A stretch of 64,000 bases of DNA from Octopus bimaculoides (lineage: Eukaryota): assembly GCF_001194135.2 (NCBI RefSeq), contig NC_068981.1, positions 158,196,499 through 158,260,498 of the forward strand, read 5' to 3'. The position numbers and the translations under genes were made by a program. The notes beneath the pieces were generated by a model. The model was not told the DNA's origin. It searched no databases and saw only the letters and a list, made by a program, of their open reading frames with translations. Positions 11,162 through 23,712 of the stretch are shown here, one piece after another; position 1 is the stretch's first letter, and each line of letters begins with the position of its first letter.

Positions 11162-11526
11162 GTATATGTATGTACTTATGTATGTAATTCCAATACCACA
11201 TACTCAACGTACGTGTGTTACTTAAACACCCGAAGCTGTGTTTTGTTTGTTTTTTTCCTTCTGAGAAAAATCCCTTTAAAGACGTCTGTTTTTTAAAATT
11301 ACAGTATACTCTAGACCTAGGCGAAACGAAATCACCCCAAAATGTAGACGAGATCGGCGATGCAGTATTTCGTCATAATAGCGGTTTATCGATAGTCTCA
11401 AGTATATGCAAATAGTGTGTTAACTAGTTGCTGATTTGCAGCTTCTGGCGTTTAAACAACACACGTGTATTATGTATACAGTATTGGTAATGGTTACATG
11501 CATAATTTGAATCCATCGTGTGTGTG

Positions 11527-11566
<40 letters not shown>

Positions 11567-11870
11567 ATGCCTTGAAATGTATAACGGAAGTCAAATTTGT
11601 AAATAATAATATGGAACGTCGGAGTCGTAATCAGTTTGTAAAGATTGGTTCTTCGTTGATTGTCATTATGCAAAGATGAAGGAACAGTGATTGAAGTTGT
11701 GAAGATGATATTTGTTTTACCGTTACATTATACAATACCTTGCCTCGACGGGCAGGTGATGAAATCCCAAAGCATGCGAAGTAAAGATAGATGCCGTAGA
11801 TTTTCCTTGTATAGTTTGTGTTTATGTTCTCGTCATTGTGTAGTAGTAATTACAGATAGAAATAGAGTGA

Positions 11871-12150
11871 TGTTGTAAGAGAAAATAAAGTGAGCTAGTG
11901 AGAGTGACAGAGTGTGGGACGAAACACCTGCTTTATTGGTGAGTTACCATTATTGTCATTTTTGTGCCCTTATCTCAAGAGACGGCGTTTTGTTCAGCCG
12001 GTCAGCCAGACCCCGTTCTCACTAACTCACTAACTCGAGTTGTCACTAATTGACTAACTGATTTTTGCTTGGGGGTTCTTGCTTTTATAACTATCCAGAA
12101 GGATAGACATATCGTTGAAAACAATGGATTTAGTTGGTGGTCTGTGATAT
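11871..12150 (-). mobile_element. Possible solo LTR
   Basis: Minus strand has TATAAAAG and, downstream, AATAAA, and ends ...ttacaACA. The other boundary and a TSD were not found. Confidence 0.3.
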
Positions 12151-12885
12151 CTTAATTGTAGCTTTTGGTGAAGTAGAAGAGGTTAGAAGTAGTGAAGACA
12201 TTATTTTGCTTAGCTAAGGCAACTGGCAAATATAAAATTGCTGTCACAGAAAAACTACTGTTTCACTGTGAGAAAGTTCTGTTGAAGTGTTAATTTAAAT
12301 TTGGCTATGGTGGATCGAACCCACTTCATGTATTTCTTTCTTTCTCTCCATTGTAGCTGGAACAAGGAAGACGTGTTCGTGTCTGTCTCCTGTCCAAGCT
12401 TGATTTTACGCATTCGCCACCACAACCACAACATCGTTTAGGCTTAGCAGCCCTTCCTGTTTGTTTTCACTGTCCTGTTGTGTTACCAACTTTGACCCTC
12501 TGCACAATCCCAATACCACATACGTTAAGTATGTGGCATCGGAATTTTACTTTGCGGGAGCAGCTGTTTTATCGAAAGCGTATATTGTTGCTGAATGCTC
12601 GAAATAGGAAAGTAGAAAAACAGCCAACAACTGATGAAAGGTCGTTCTTTATGATGTTGTCTTGTTTTCCATTTGTGCCTTTCGATGTTCGAAAAAATAG
12701 TTCATAATCCATGTACTCGCACTTCGTATCTTTTTTTTTTTTGTAAACGTTTCATGATGTCCTGTGCCCNNNNNNNNNNNNNNNNNNNNNNNNNNNNNNN
12801 NNNNNNNNNNNNNNNNNNNNNNNNNNNNNNNNNNNNNNNNNNNNNNNNNNNNNNNNNNNNNNNNNNNNNNNNNNNNNNNNNNNNN

Positions 12886-12918
<33 letters not shown>

Positions 12919-13036
12919 CACATACATATATTCGTATATACATACACATACAGATAGATAGATAGATAGATTTGTGTGTGTGTGTGTGCGTGCGTGCGTG
13001 CGTGTGCGTGTGTGTGTGTGTTAAATAGAATGAGAC

Positions 13037-13178
13037 AACAAAGCCAAGGCAGTGTCAAATTTCTAGGGCATTTATAAAGAGAAAGGTAGTCTTGCGGCTG
13101 TTTCAGGGACATGAGGGATATCCTTTCATCAGAAACGATATGAGATAGTTAAATAGTGGGAAATAGTAGAGTTCAATA
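13037..13178 (-). ncRNA. Hammerhead-bearing repeat, left arm of an inverted pair (degenerate ribozyme at about 13090-13135)
   Basis: Reverse complement uuu CUGAUGA aaggauaucccucaugucccu GAAA cagccgc a aga. About 89% identical to 13330-13471. Confidence 0.7.
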
Positions 13179-13329
13179 TAAGAAGTTATTTTGGACACCT
13201 TATATATATATATAAATATATATATACACACACACGTTTATGAGTTTGTGTTGCAAGATTCCTGATGTGTTGAAACAAATATTGCTGTATTTCGCAATTT
13301 CTTTTATTCTTTTACTTGTTTCAGTCATT

Positions 13330-13471
13330 TATTGAACTCTGCTATTTCCCTCTATTTAACTTTCTCATATCCTCTCTGATGAAGGGATATCCCCCATATC
13401 CCTGAAACAGCTGTAAGACTACCTTTCTCTTTATAAATGTCCAAGAAATTTCACACTGCACTGGCTTTGTT
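13330..13471 (+). ncRNA. Hammerhead-bearing repeat, right arm (ribozyme 13373-13418)
   Basis: ucu CUGAUGA AGGGAUAU ccccc AUAUCCCU GAA ACAGCUGU A aga: perfect 8-bp stem II, palindromic stem III ACAGCUGU, GUA triplet, 3-bp stem I. Confidence 0.8.
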
Positions 13472-13674
13472 TGTTTCTTTTATTTTATTTGACATATACA
13501 TGCTCACACACGACCCGCATTAAACTCTTCACTCATACTATTATAGAACCGGGAGTTCTATAAAACGGTCCTTCTGTAGTACTTACATAGCCTTACCTGC
13601 TATTTTGGGTCTTCTGGATACCAAAACCTCTCATATATACACACACACACACACATACATACATACATACACAT

Positions 13675-13707
<33 letters not shown>

Positions 13708-13714
13708 TATATAT

Positions 13715-13845
13715 GACGGGCTTCTTTCAGTTTCTCCAAACCAAAGCCACTCACAAGGTCTCGGTTGGCTTGGGGCTATATTCGATGACACTGTCCAAAG
13801 CGCTATATATTGAACTGCACCGGAAACCATGTGGTAGGGAAGTGT
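13715..13845 (-). mobile_element. CORE-type SINE fragment (5' half)
   Basis: gacgggcttctttcagtttc...actcacaagg...aaccatgtggt is the reverse complement of the family head/core. Confidence 0.7.
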
Positions 13846-14538
13846 ATAAAACACTTAAAATACTTTCCCAGTCAGATATCTCATAAATTATACTATAATC
13901 CAAATGTTCTGTTATTGTTTTTTTTTTTAATTTTATTTCAGTGTATATCAGTCAATTATCCAATGAATAATAAAAACGCTTTGTATATAATAGATTATGT
14001 CTTTGATTTCCTTGTATAGTTTTATCATTACACATATAGACATAGCAGAATTATATTATAGATTAAGATGAAATAAATCATGATAATATAAACAATATCA
14101 ATACTTTTGACGATGTTGAAATTGTTCCAAATGCGAAATTTTTGCCTTTGTTTGCCGATCGGCAAGTTTCCAACTGAAAACACCTCCACTTGCCTCCTTA
14201 AATGCACTTTAGTACTCCGTTCACTCTTTTTATTTTTGCAGTGCAAGTAGCCAATCAGCTAGCCAGACAAGTTGTGCTGGCATAAATAGCAAATAAGCAA
14301 ACAAGACACTCAGACAAACCTGACTTTATAGTGAAATTCTTTAGCTCATAAAATGTTCCCCATGTCAGCTTGATAGGTTTGAATCAAAAAGTTTATAGTT
14401 GTATTTATAACCCAAAGAAAGGAGAATAAAAGCAAAAGACAAAACTATATCATAGATATGTGCGTATATCTGCGGGAAAATGCTAACTGCTAGAGTATAG
14501 GAACGCTATTCCAGTCGTAAAAAAAATGGTAAATTAGG

Positions 14539-14582
<44 letters not shown>

Positions 14583-15100
14583 NNNNNNNNNNNNNNNNNN
14601 NNNNNNNNNNNNNNNNNNNNNNNNNNNNNNNNNNNNNNNNNNNNNNNNNNNNNNNNNNNNNNNNNNNNNNNNNNNNNNNNNNNNNNNNNNNNNNNNNNNN
14701 NNNNNNNNNNNNNNNNNNNNNNNNNNNNNNNNNNNNNNNNNNNNNNNNNNNNNNNNNNNNNNNNNNNNNNNNNNNNNNNNNNNNNNNNNNNNNNNNNNNN
14801 NNNNNNNNNNNNNNNNNNNNNNNNNNNNNNNNNNNNNNNNNNNNNNNNNNNNNNNNNNNNNNNNNNNNNNNNNNNNNNNNNNNNNNNNNNNNNNNNNNNN
14901 NNNNNNNNNNNNNNNNNNNNNNNNNNNNNNNNNNNNNNNNNNNNNNNNNNNNNNNNNNNNNNNNNNNNNNNNNNNNNNNNNNNNNNNNNNNNNNNNNNNN
15001 NNNNNNNNNNNNNNNNNNNNNNNNNNNNNNNNNNNNNNNNNNNNNNNNNNNNNNNNNNNNNNNNCACAGACACACAAACATATATATACACACATATATA

Positions 15101-15871
15101 CGATCTTTCTGATTTGACGGGCACCACTTGTTTTCTTAACGAAACACTTTCAAACTTAGGATACTGGTAGAATGTGTCATATAAAACATCTTTCTCTCTT
15201 AGCCTTCTTAACAAAAATTTCTTCTCAAAGTTGTCGTATTTCTGTAATTTCAACCAATCACTGACGTCTATTCAGCTGAATACAGTTACTGCTGTTTTTG
15301 TAAACAATAATTTTTGCCGGTGTCAAGAGTGTTATTCCCTGTTTAATTACATCATTATTCCCTAGTAAGGGTTTTAGGGTTGGGGTTAGGGTTATGGTTA
15401 TGAGTTATAGGGTTTTAGGGTTATGAGTGAGGTCATGGCAAAAATAATCATAACCCTAACCGTAACCCTAAAACTAACCCTAACTCTAAATCCCGAACCC
15501 TAACCCGAAAACCCTAAAGCTAAAACCAGTATAAACGCACGAACAATGTCATAAATAACAGTACGACGGATAGTTGTTGTTGACAAACTACGGCACTAAT
15601 TTTATTCAAGGGAAAAGATCCCATGACACCGTTAGAACATGTTGTTTACATTCTACGGCAGTAATTGTTTTCACCTCAATAGACGTCAGTGATTGGTTGA
15701 AATTACCGAAATACGACAATTTTTTAACATGAAATAACTTCGAATAAAAAATTTTTTATCTGTTCTATAACACAAAATATACAAGTATACGAAGTTTGAA
15801 AGTGTTTCGGTACCAAAAACACTACATAAAACAAATGAAAAGTGTTGCCCGTCAATTCAGAAAGATCCGTG
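15101..15871. mobile_element. Foldback/MITE-like DNA element with long inverted arms and central telomere-like repeats
   Basis: gatctttctgatttgacgggca (15102) pairs with tgcccgtcaattcagaaagatc (to 15867). Arms are about 230 bp (aaccaatcactgacgtctatt / aatagacgtcagtgattggtt). TTAGGG-like block 15367-15425 faces a CCCTAA-like block 15449-15520. Confidence 0.8.
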
Positions 15872-16078
15872 ACACACTCGCGCACACACATACACAAATG
15901 AAAGGCAATGAATGTGTGTCTGTGCGCGTGTGCGCGTGTGTGTGTGTGTGCTTGTTGTTCACTGACAAAATTTCGTGCTGCATTACTTTTGCGAAGTTTT
16001 GTCAGTGAATAAGTCACGATTTCAAAGCGAAGAAAATATTTTGACACAAATGAAATTTTAATGTTGAAGTGAAACTGG

Positions 16079-16123
16079 GGATCTTTCTGACAAGTGGTGC
16101 CCGTCAAATCAGAAAGATCCTGT
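16079..16123. mobile_element. Miniature end-joined derivative of the foldback element
   Basis: ggatctttctga is fused to caagtggtgcccgtcaaatcagaaagatcc. The last 29 nt are the exact reverse complement of 15102-15130. Confidence 0.7.
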
Positions 16124-16757
16124 GTCACTGTTGAAGTCGCTCGTGCAACTTCTTTGTGTATATATTGGTTTAGTCGTAGAGAGTGTTTGGAAACTGTGAA
16201 TAAGGTGCAAGTTTCGAGTAGTTGTCGGTAACTTTTTTCCTCCTCGTCTTCTAATAGTAATTATCCAACTTTCTAGGCTCTTCTCACAGAGATCCCGTGT
16301 TCAAAAATTATAAGGGTATTTTAAAATGTTTCATTCAATAAATAATAAATTACGTATACATTAATAGAATAAACTGCCGGTTTTCCAAATAGCGAATGAA
16401 AACTTAAGAGTGAGAGACTTTGCAAATGATAATGGAATACTCCGCAGTAAATGCAATGGATATTTAAATTTGTGAATTGGGCGCAGTTAATGAGAATGAA
16501 TAGTTAAACACGTGAGAAATTGAATTTTAAAGGATTCAAGAAACTTGAGAAATCAAAATTATAGGATTTTTCGTCGAACATTCGTTCGTGTTTTTTGAGA
16601 ATTGCTAATTTTTTGAGGATTTGTTAATTGTTTTGACTGCGGCCATGCTTATTCTTTGTAAGCCTAGAACTTATTCTATCGGTCTCTTTTGCCCGATAGA
16701 ATGTGCATACATAATATATATATATATATAAATATATATACATATATATATATATAA

Positions 16758-16807
<50 letters not shown>

Positions 16808-17213
16808 NNNNNNNNNNNNNNNNNNNNNNNNNNNNNNNNNNNNNNNNNNNNNNNNNNNNNNNNNNNNNNNNNNNNNNNNNNNNNNNNNNNNNNNNNNNNN
16901 NNNNNNNNNNNNNNNNNNNNNNNNNNNNNNNNNNNNNNNNNNNNNNNNNNNNNNNNNNNNNNNNNNNNNNNNNNNNNNNNNNNNNNNNNNNNNNNNNNNN
17001 NNNNNNNNNNNNNNNNNNNNNNNNNNNNNNNNNNNNNNNNNNNNNNNNNNNNNNNNNNNNNNNNNNNNNNNNNNNAGTTCAGAAATAGCAGCTAAAAAAG
17101 CTGAGTAATGCTATCTGTTGGAGTCTCAGCTTTTTTAGCTGCTATTTCTGAACTTCGGTATATGGTGAAGCAAATGCTTGCTGATCCCTTAATTATGTTT
17201 ATAAATATATATG

Positions 17214-17246
<33 letters not shown>

Positions 17247-17284
17247 ATATTATATTCTTCGGACTAGAGCAGTGGTTCCCAACC

Positions 17285-17348
17285 TAGAGTATGATGAGTT
17301 GTTCACGAAGCTACGGCTTTCGTGGATGCGAAACCATTGGTCGTTCTA
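17285..17348 (+). ncRNA. Type-I hammerhead ribozyme, core variant C3>A
   Basis: UAGAGU AUGAUGA guuguucacgaagc uacg gcuuucguggaugc GAA ACCAUUGGU C GUUCUA. Stem I tagagt/gttcta, long stem II, stem III ACC..GGU, GUC triplet. Confidence 0.65.
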
Positions 17349-17555
17349 TGACCAAACATTTACTTTATTATTTTAACGTGTGTGTGTGTGTGTTGCAACA
17401 TTAAAACATATGGAAACATCTGCCTATGCAGACCTATTCAAACCATGACAGTATTCAAAAACTGACGTTAAAGTGTTGATGACGTAGTGAGGTGTATAAT
17501 GGTAATGACAATAAAATCACCAACAACGATAATGAAACAATCATATTTTTCACAT

Positions 17556-17690
17556 AGGTGCAGTCATGACTGTGAGGTCTCCCACAGCGTGGCACCTTGC
17601 GCAGGTGTCTTCTATTGTAGTCCCTGGCCGACTAAAATCTTGCGAGAGGATATTGGTTGACAGAAACAGAAATAAGCCCGCCGTACGTGT
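17556..17690 (+). mobile_element. CORE-type SINE fragment
   Basis: gtggcaccttgcgcaggtgtcttctattgtag...ggttgacagaaacagaaataagcc. Confidence 0.7.
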
Positions 17691-18229
17691 CTGTAGGTGT
17701 GTGTGTATGTATCCGTGTGTGTGTGTAGGACCTCGTTTGGACCTGCCTGCCTGAGATTCGAAACCGATTCTGGAAATTCTCCCTGGCCATACGACCCATT
17801 TCCCTATCAAAAGGGAACGCTGATTAATGCGTTTTCCGTTTGACCCGTGACCTAGCTGTACCATAGAATGTTTAGGTAAACAAAGTGTGACCTATATTAA
17901 GTTAACTATAGTTAAAACGGTATATCCATTTTCGTAGCTAGTCTACACAATTATTAATGCTAGCATTTTGTAAGGAAAAATTCTTGAGTGAGAGCGACCG
18001 ACAGAGAGCAGGCCAACTGGTTCGAAATATTGTTTCGACAGGACGTTATAGAAGGACAGCTATGGAATCCATCAGCGATACAGTTGTCTTGTCCACTCCT
18101 CTCTTTCTTTATCACTCACTCACTCACTCACTTTCGTTTCAACAACATCACTTGGTCTATTTAGTTACTGCTGCAAGAACGACAGGGAATATGGAAATAT
18201 GCAAGTAATCTCTCCAGAAACAAGTATAA

Positions 18230-19163
18230 AGCAAGGAGGATTGTAGAAAACCGAAGGTAAGAGTCTGAAGAGAGATGAAATTTTCTCAAGATCAGCAAAT
18301 GCATGTTGCAGCACTTAATGCTGGATCATTAAATCAATGTTTTAATGGTTAGACAGAGGTCCAGTGGAATAGCTCTCAGAAACAGACTACGTACAAATTC
18401 ATTCTTTACAACTCCTGAAGCTGTTTTCAGATATGATCCGTCCCATTCTTATAAAAATGAATACTCTGTCCAAATTGGTGTACTAAACACAAATTGTCGT
18501 TTATGTAGAGCTTTAAAATTTTCAAATGAAACAAATGGTATGTGCTGCTCAGGCGGTCAAGTAACATTGCCAGCACGACCAGCTCCTTCTCAACCTTTTA
18601 TGAATCTTCTAGAAGGCACTTCCATCCAGTCAAAGGATTTTCTGAACAATATCAGACAATGCAACTCTGCATTTCAAATGACATCGTTTGGTGCATCTAA
18701 GAAGATAGATAAACATGAATTTACGCCGACGTCAAAGTTCAAGGGCAAGTCTATCACATCATTGGTTCACTGTTACCCGGAAATGAACAACCACAGTTCC
18801 TCCAAATTTACTTCATGAGTGATGTAGGACAACAAACCCGACGGAAGTGTCAAAATTTCAGATGGTGGTTGGTGTTATACACAGCTCTGACTGCTGCAAA
18901 GGAGAATATATCCACTGACAGTTTTTCGATGCGTTCAAAAATCACTTAACCCCCACCTCCAATTTTCCATTACATGTTAGAGCCTGAAATACTCCAAACA
19001 AACGCATAGCATGTTGCTTAATCGAATTAGCCCAGCATTTACTCCACAAATGTTTTGGTGTCAATGCTGTACTTTCCTATATCACCTGTTTCAACATAAC
19101 TGTAATATATTATATACCAACTATGCCATGTAAATCCCGAGCAATGCCGGTCACCTCTGCTAG
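18230..19163 (+). mobile_element. Internally deleted Helitron (Rep N-terminal fragment + 3' end); 5' boundary not located
   Basis: CRLCRALKFSNETNGMCCSGGQVTLP...FLNNIRQCNSAFQMTSFG, then after a frameshift KVQGQVYHIIGSLLPGNEQPQFLQIYF. Terminal tcccgagcaatgccggtcacctctgCTAG|t at 19160-19163. Confidence 0.85.
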
Positions 19164-19264
19164 TAACTATATGTACTTTAAGCTGAATAACGTTTACTCT
19201 TGACATGAAACAATGAGGGAACCTTCACAAGGTTGTTCCACCCGCTGGAAATAGTTCTCAAATT

Positions 19265-19323
<59 letters not shown>

Positions 19324-19350
19324 NNNNNNNNNNTCTCTCTCTCTCTCTCC

Positions 19351-19398
<48 letters not shown>

Positions 19399-20900
19399 GG
19401 TCCTAACAAAATAGACACATTAGATAATATAATGTGGTCTTGGATTCCTCCTTACCTAGGAAATAGCTGAGATGCGTCCCACTCGTCATCTGGAGGACTT
19501 ATTCTTTACCACAACCACTTTTTTCTTTCAGAGGTTATGAATATAATTATAAAAACTGTTAACAATACATATACTTGTACGCATACCTGACTATATATAT
19601 GACAGGCTATTTATTGTACCATGTGAAAGAGAATATTTCATAGTTCTTTCTTTCTGTCACACACACGAAATCTTTTTCTCCTTACGTATTTTTTTACCTC
19701 GTAGTTTGCTTTCTTGTCTTTCCAGTCCTTTTCCCTCTACTCTCTTTATCTGTCTCTCTATATATTTTCCTTACAACACCAGAACTTTTCTATTACGTAG
19801 TATGTGTGTCAGACCTTCACTAGTTTTTTAAGACTCTGTTTTCTTGATGTTAAGACATTGCATATCAGCAATGTCCATTCCAATATATTGAAGATATCTA
19901 AGACTATATTATCTCATTATAGATAATAGTCTTAACCCTAGACTATGTCCTCCCCTTTTAATAAGATGAGTTTTATCACTCACAGACAGTGAGTATTTGG
20001 TCGCTGTTCCTTACTGGTCGAACTATCAGGCAGTTTTTTTTTGTTTTTTTCTTAGCTGTCTATCTATTTTGTCAGTCTACGTACGTCTTTTATTGTTTGT
20101 TATCGCATACTTACACACTAGTCGGCATCAAACACCTCACTTTAGACGGGAGAGGCGAAGGGAAAGCGCGCTTGATTCCGTATTTGTATGCGTATATAAG
20201 TGTGTTTGTTGTTGGCTATTATATCCATGTGAAAGGTTGAATAGCTATGTGTGAATGTATGCCTAGCCTGGCTCTAATTACTGAACATTTCATTAAAATG
20301 TCCAATTTCCTGCCATTTTATAATAGCGAACTGTGAGATTTCAGTCTAACTCGTTTTCACTGGTGCACTCCCGCTTTTTTCGCACGTATACACAGTACAC
20401 GCACACTCTACACACACAAATCTAAATAAAAAAAATTTACACATTTAAACATACATTTATGCTGTCAAACACATACATACATATATTTCTTAAAGTAAAT
20501 TAAACATAACCACAGACTCACAAACTCATACGCAGTGAAAATAGCTACCTCTTTGTTATTCTTCCTCACACCTTTACCTGTTACACACATATACACTCTC
20601 TCTGTTTCTCTCTCTCTCTGCCTCTAACCGTTAATTTCTATATCTCTCTATTTCATTCCCTCCCTCTGTCTTTTCCTCTTTCTATCTATGTCCGCATCTT
20701 TGTCTGGAGACTCATTTAACGGTAATCAGTTTTGTCATCACATCAGCAGCCACTGACACCTTCTTGGTGTGGGGGGAGTCACTCCCAGTTGACACACATA
20801 ACTACATACATTTATATATATATACATACATTCATTCATATATATAGTGTGTGTGTGTATATATATTTGTTTATCTAAGTGTGTGCATATATAATACGTC

Positions 20901-20927
20901 GGTCTCTCTTCCTTTCTTCAGGTAAGA
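20901..20927 (+). other. Splice signal: pyrimidine tract-CAG immediately followed by GTAAGA
   Basis: ggtctctcttcctttcttcag|gtaaga. Either the donor of an upstream (5' UTR-like) exon or a recursive-type AG/GT site. Confidence 0.35.
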
Positions 20928-21196
20928 CGTCAACACAGCATTATCTTTGATAACGTATTTTCAACTTTAAAATGTTATATATATATATAAGTAAAAATAC
21001 TAGTTCTAAAATCTGTGTGTGTGTGTGTATATATTTCTTTCGATATAGATATTTTATCTGTCGTTCCTTCCCAGCTGTTTTGATGGCGTGTTCGGTAAAA
21101 TCTGTAAAAAGATTTTATGTATTTATATTTTGGTTTGATATATCACACACTTTGATGTTCAAGACTGACTTACATTCTCTTGATAGCTACCATCAC

Positions 21197-21232
<36 letters not shown>

Positions 21233-23347
21233 ATATTTATATTTGTGCAAGCATGTTTCTGTATAAATACATGTATACTTGTTGATTTGTGCGTAATTAA
21301 ATTAACAATATGTATGTACTCTTATATATACCCAATACATGTGTTAATACAAACACAGGCTCACTCATACAGGCACACAATTGAAATTATTATTCTGTTA
21401 ATAAATTGTAAATGTGTATCTTTACGTGTTTGTGTGTGTGTGTGTGTAAAAGAAAGACACAAAAATATAACTGTTGTTTCAATTAATTAAATAATTCGCT
21501 AATCTTTATTCATTGATTGTACGAAAACTTGAAGGCTTTCACACAAAAAGTTTTTGAGAACTTTCCAGACATTCTTCACCTGTTGACATTATCTTTGTCT
21601 GGTCGTCGTTGTTTGATTGGACACCTAGTTGTTCTTCAGTCCTATGTCAGCACACAAACTGACCTGGCCCATGATTAAATGCACCCCAGGACTACATTAT
21701 CCACTGTCTTTTTATTATTATTTTTAGACGGTGGGTTGTGATCTGAGGGAGATTTGGCTACTGTTTCTAACGCCGAGGCTCTCTTGTAGGCTCGCAGGTC
21801 ACTTAGTGTATCCTATTGGTGTTTATATTGTTGATTGTACTGATATCTTCATTGCATCTTGTTTAACCACACGTCAACTCCGGTTGAATAGACCTATGAT
21901 AAATGGCATTCCAGCCATGACTATTCCGTCTTTCCCATGTGTATTTTTCCTTCCCTCAAGGGTTATGATTTGAGAGCGATTTAGTTATTTGTTACACGTA
22001 GCGGCTTCCTCGTTGATAGTGTTGTTAATGATGATGATGTTGCTGTTCTCCTACATTGTTGTTGACGGCTTCTTGTTGACCCCTGATCGGACAGGTCTCC
22101 AGTCAACAGTGTTTCTACAGTAACCCTCCTGTCTAATACAACAATCTTTCGGAGAAAGGATATAAAAACTGAAAGATCGCCTTTAAGACAATTGGGTGAA
22201 ATATGACCGACATTTGGCTGCTATTTTTGCTGTCTAACCTCAGATTAGCCCTGATTGAGTTCGCCTATGATAAAATGTGTTTTAGCGGTGACATACTCCC
22301 CGCCCTTTTTCTTTTCTTTTATAGCAATTAGTATCTGTAGTTATTTTGTCATTGAATTGGTAACGATGGAGTTATTGCATTTATTGCCATAAATAAAAAT
22401 AAAAAATACTTAATCCATTTTGATGTATGTAATAGCCACAGAAAGCATTCTAGCACTCTACGTTTCCATATTCGTTTCCTACACATTTTTTACACCTATT
22501 AGACTGGTTTGTTATTTTTGTCTTAGTGACTAGGAGTTAAACTATACATTAACCGTATATATATTATATATATATATAATATGTAATATATAATATATAT
22601 GTAATATATATATATATATATATATATANNNNNNNNNNNNNNNNNNNNNNNNNNNNNNNNNNNNNNNNNNNNNNNNNNNNNNNNNNNNNNNNNNNNNNNN
22701 NNNNNNNNNNNNNNNNNNNNNNNNNNNNNNNNNNNNNNNNNNNNNNNNNNNNNNNNNNNNNNNNNNNNNNNNNNNNNNNNNNNNNNNNNNNNNNNNNNNN
22801 NNNNNNNNNNNNNNNNNNNNNNNNNNNNNNNNNNNNNNNNNNNNNNNNNNNNNNNNNNNNNNNNNNNNNNNNNNNNNNNNNNNNNNNNNNNNNNNNNNNN
22901 NNNNNNNNNNNNNNNNNNNNNNNNNNNNNNNNNNNNNNNNNNNNNNNNNNNNNNNNNNNNNNNNNNNNNNNNNNNNNNNNNNNNNNNNNNNNNNNNNNNN
23001 NNNNNNNNNNNNNNNNNNNNNNNNNNNNNNNNNNNNNNNNNNNNNNNNNNNNNNNNNNNNNNNNNNNNNNNNNNNNNNNNNNNNNNNNNNNNNNNNNNNN
23101 NNNNNNNNNNNNNNNNNNNNNNNNNNNNNNNNNNNNNNNNNNNNNNNNNNNNNNNNNNNNNNNNNNNNNNNNNNNNNNNNNNNNNNNNNNNNNNNNNNNN
23201 NNNNNNNNNNNNNNNNNNNNNNNNNNNNNNNNNNNNNNNNNNNNNNNNNNNNNNNNNNNNNNNNNNNNNNATATATAATATATATATATATGTAATATAT
23301 AATATATATATATATGTAATATATAATATATATATATATGTAATATA

Positions 23348-23383
<36 letters not shown>

Positions 23384-23691
23384 TTTCGCTCTATCTTTTT
23401 TCTATATTATTGATTCCATTGCTTAACTTATGCACGAATATTCTCGCTTCGTCTGCGAAATATTTATTCCTATTACCTATATATATAATCTATGTGTGTG
23501 CGGGCGCGTTTTCACGTAAACGAAAAAAGAAAAAGCATGTTGCATGCGGTAAATATTAGATAATATTGTCGTGATTTACTGTAGACTGCTGCAATGTCAA
23601 GTAGTTAATTCATATGCAAAAAAAAAAAAAAAAAAAGTGATTGGGTCAGCATGTGTCTTTTTCTGCGTAATTAGTTACCTGTACCTTACAG

Positions 23692-23712
23692 GTCGTTGTA
23701 CGACTACCCGAA
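23692..23712 (+). CDS. Candidate 21-nt microexon
   Basis: ttacctgtaccttacag|GTCGTTGTACGACTACCCGAA|gtatgt. Confidence 0.3.

Noticed and set aside
11660-11878. 72-aa ORF starting at TTG
   Set aside because: No motif and no splice support, and it abuts an LTR-like repeat.
12740-12769. Minus-strand GAAACGT reminiscent of a hammerhead 3' half
   Set aside because: The CUGANGA half would lie in the N gap, so it cannot be evaluated.
14248-14292. CCAAT plus CATAAAT promoter-like pair
   Set aside because: Such short motifs are expected by chance in AT-rich DNA, and there is no downstream exon signal.
15367-15520. Relic chromosome end-to-end fusion site
   Set aside because: The repeats are few, degenerate and embedded in a TIR-bounded foldback with a second related terminus nearby. 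A transposon origin is more parsimonious.
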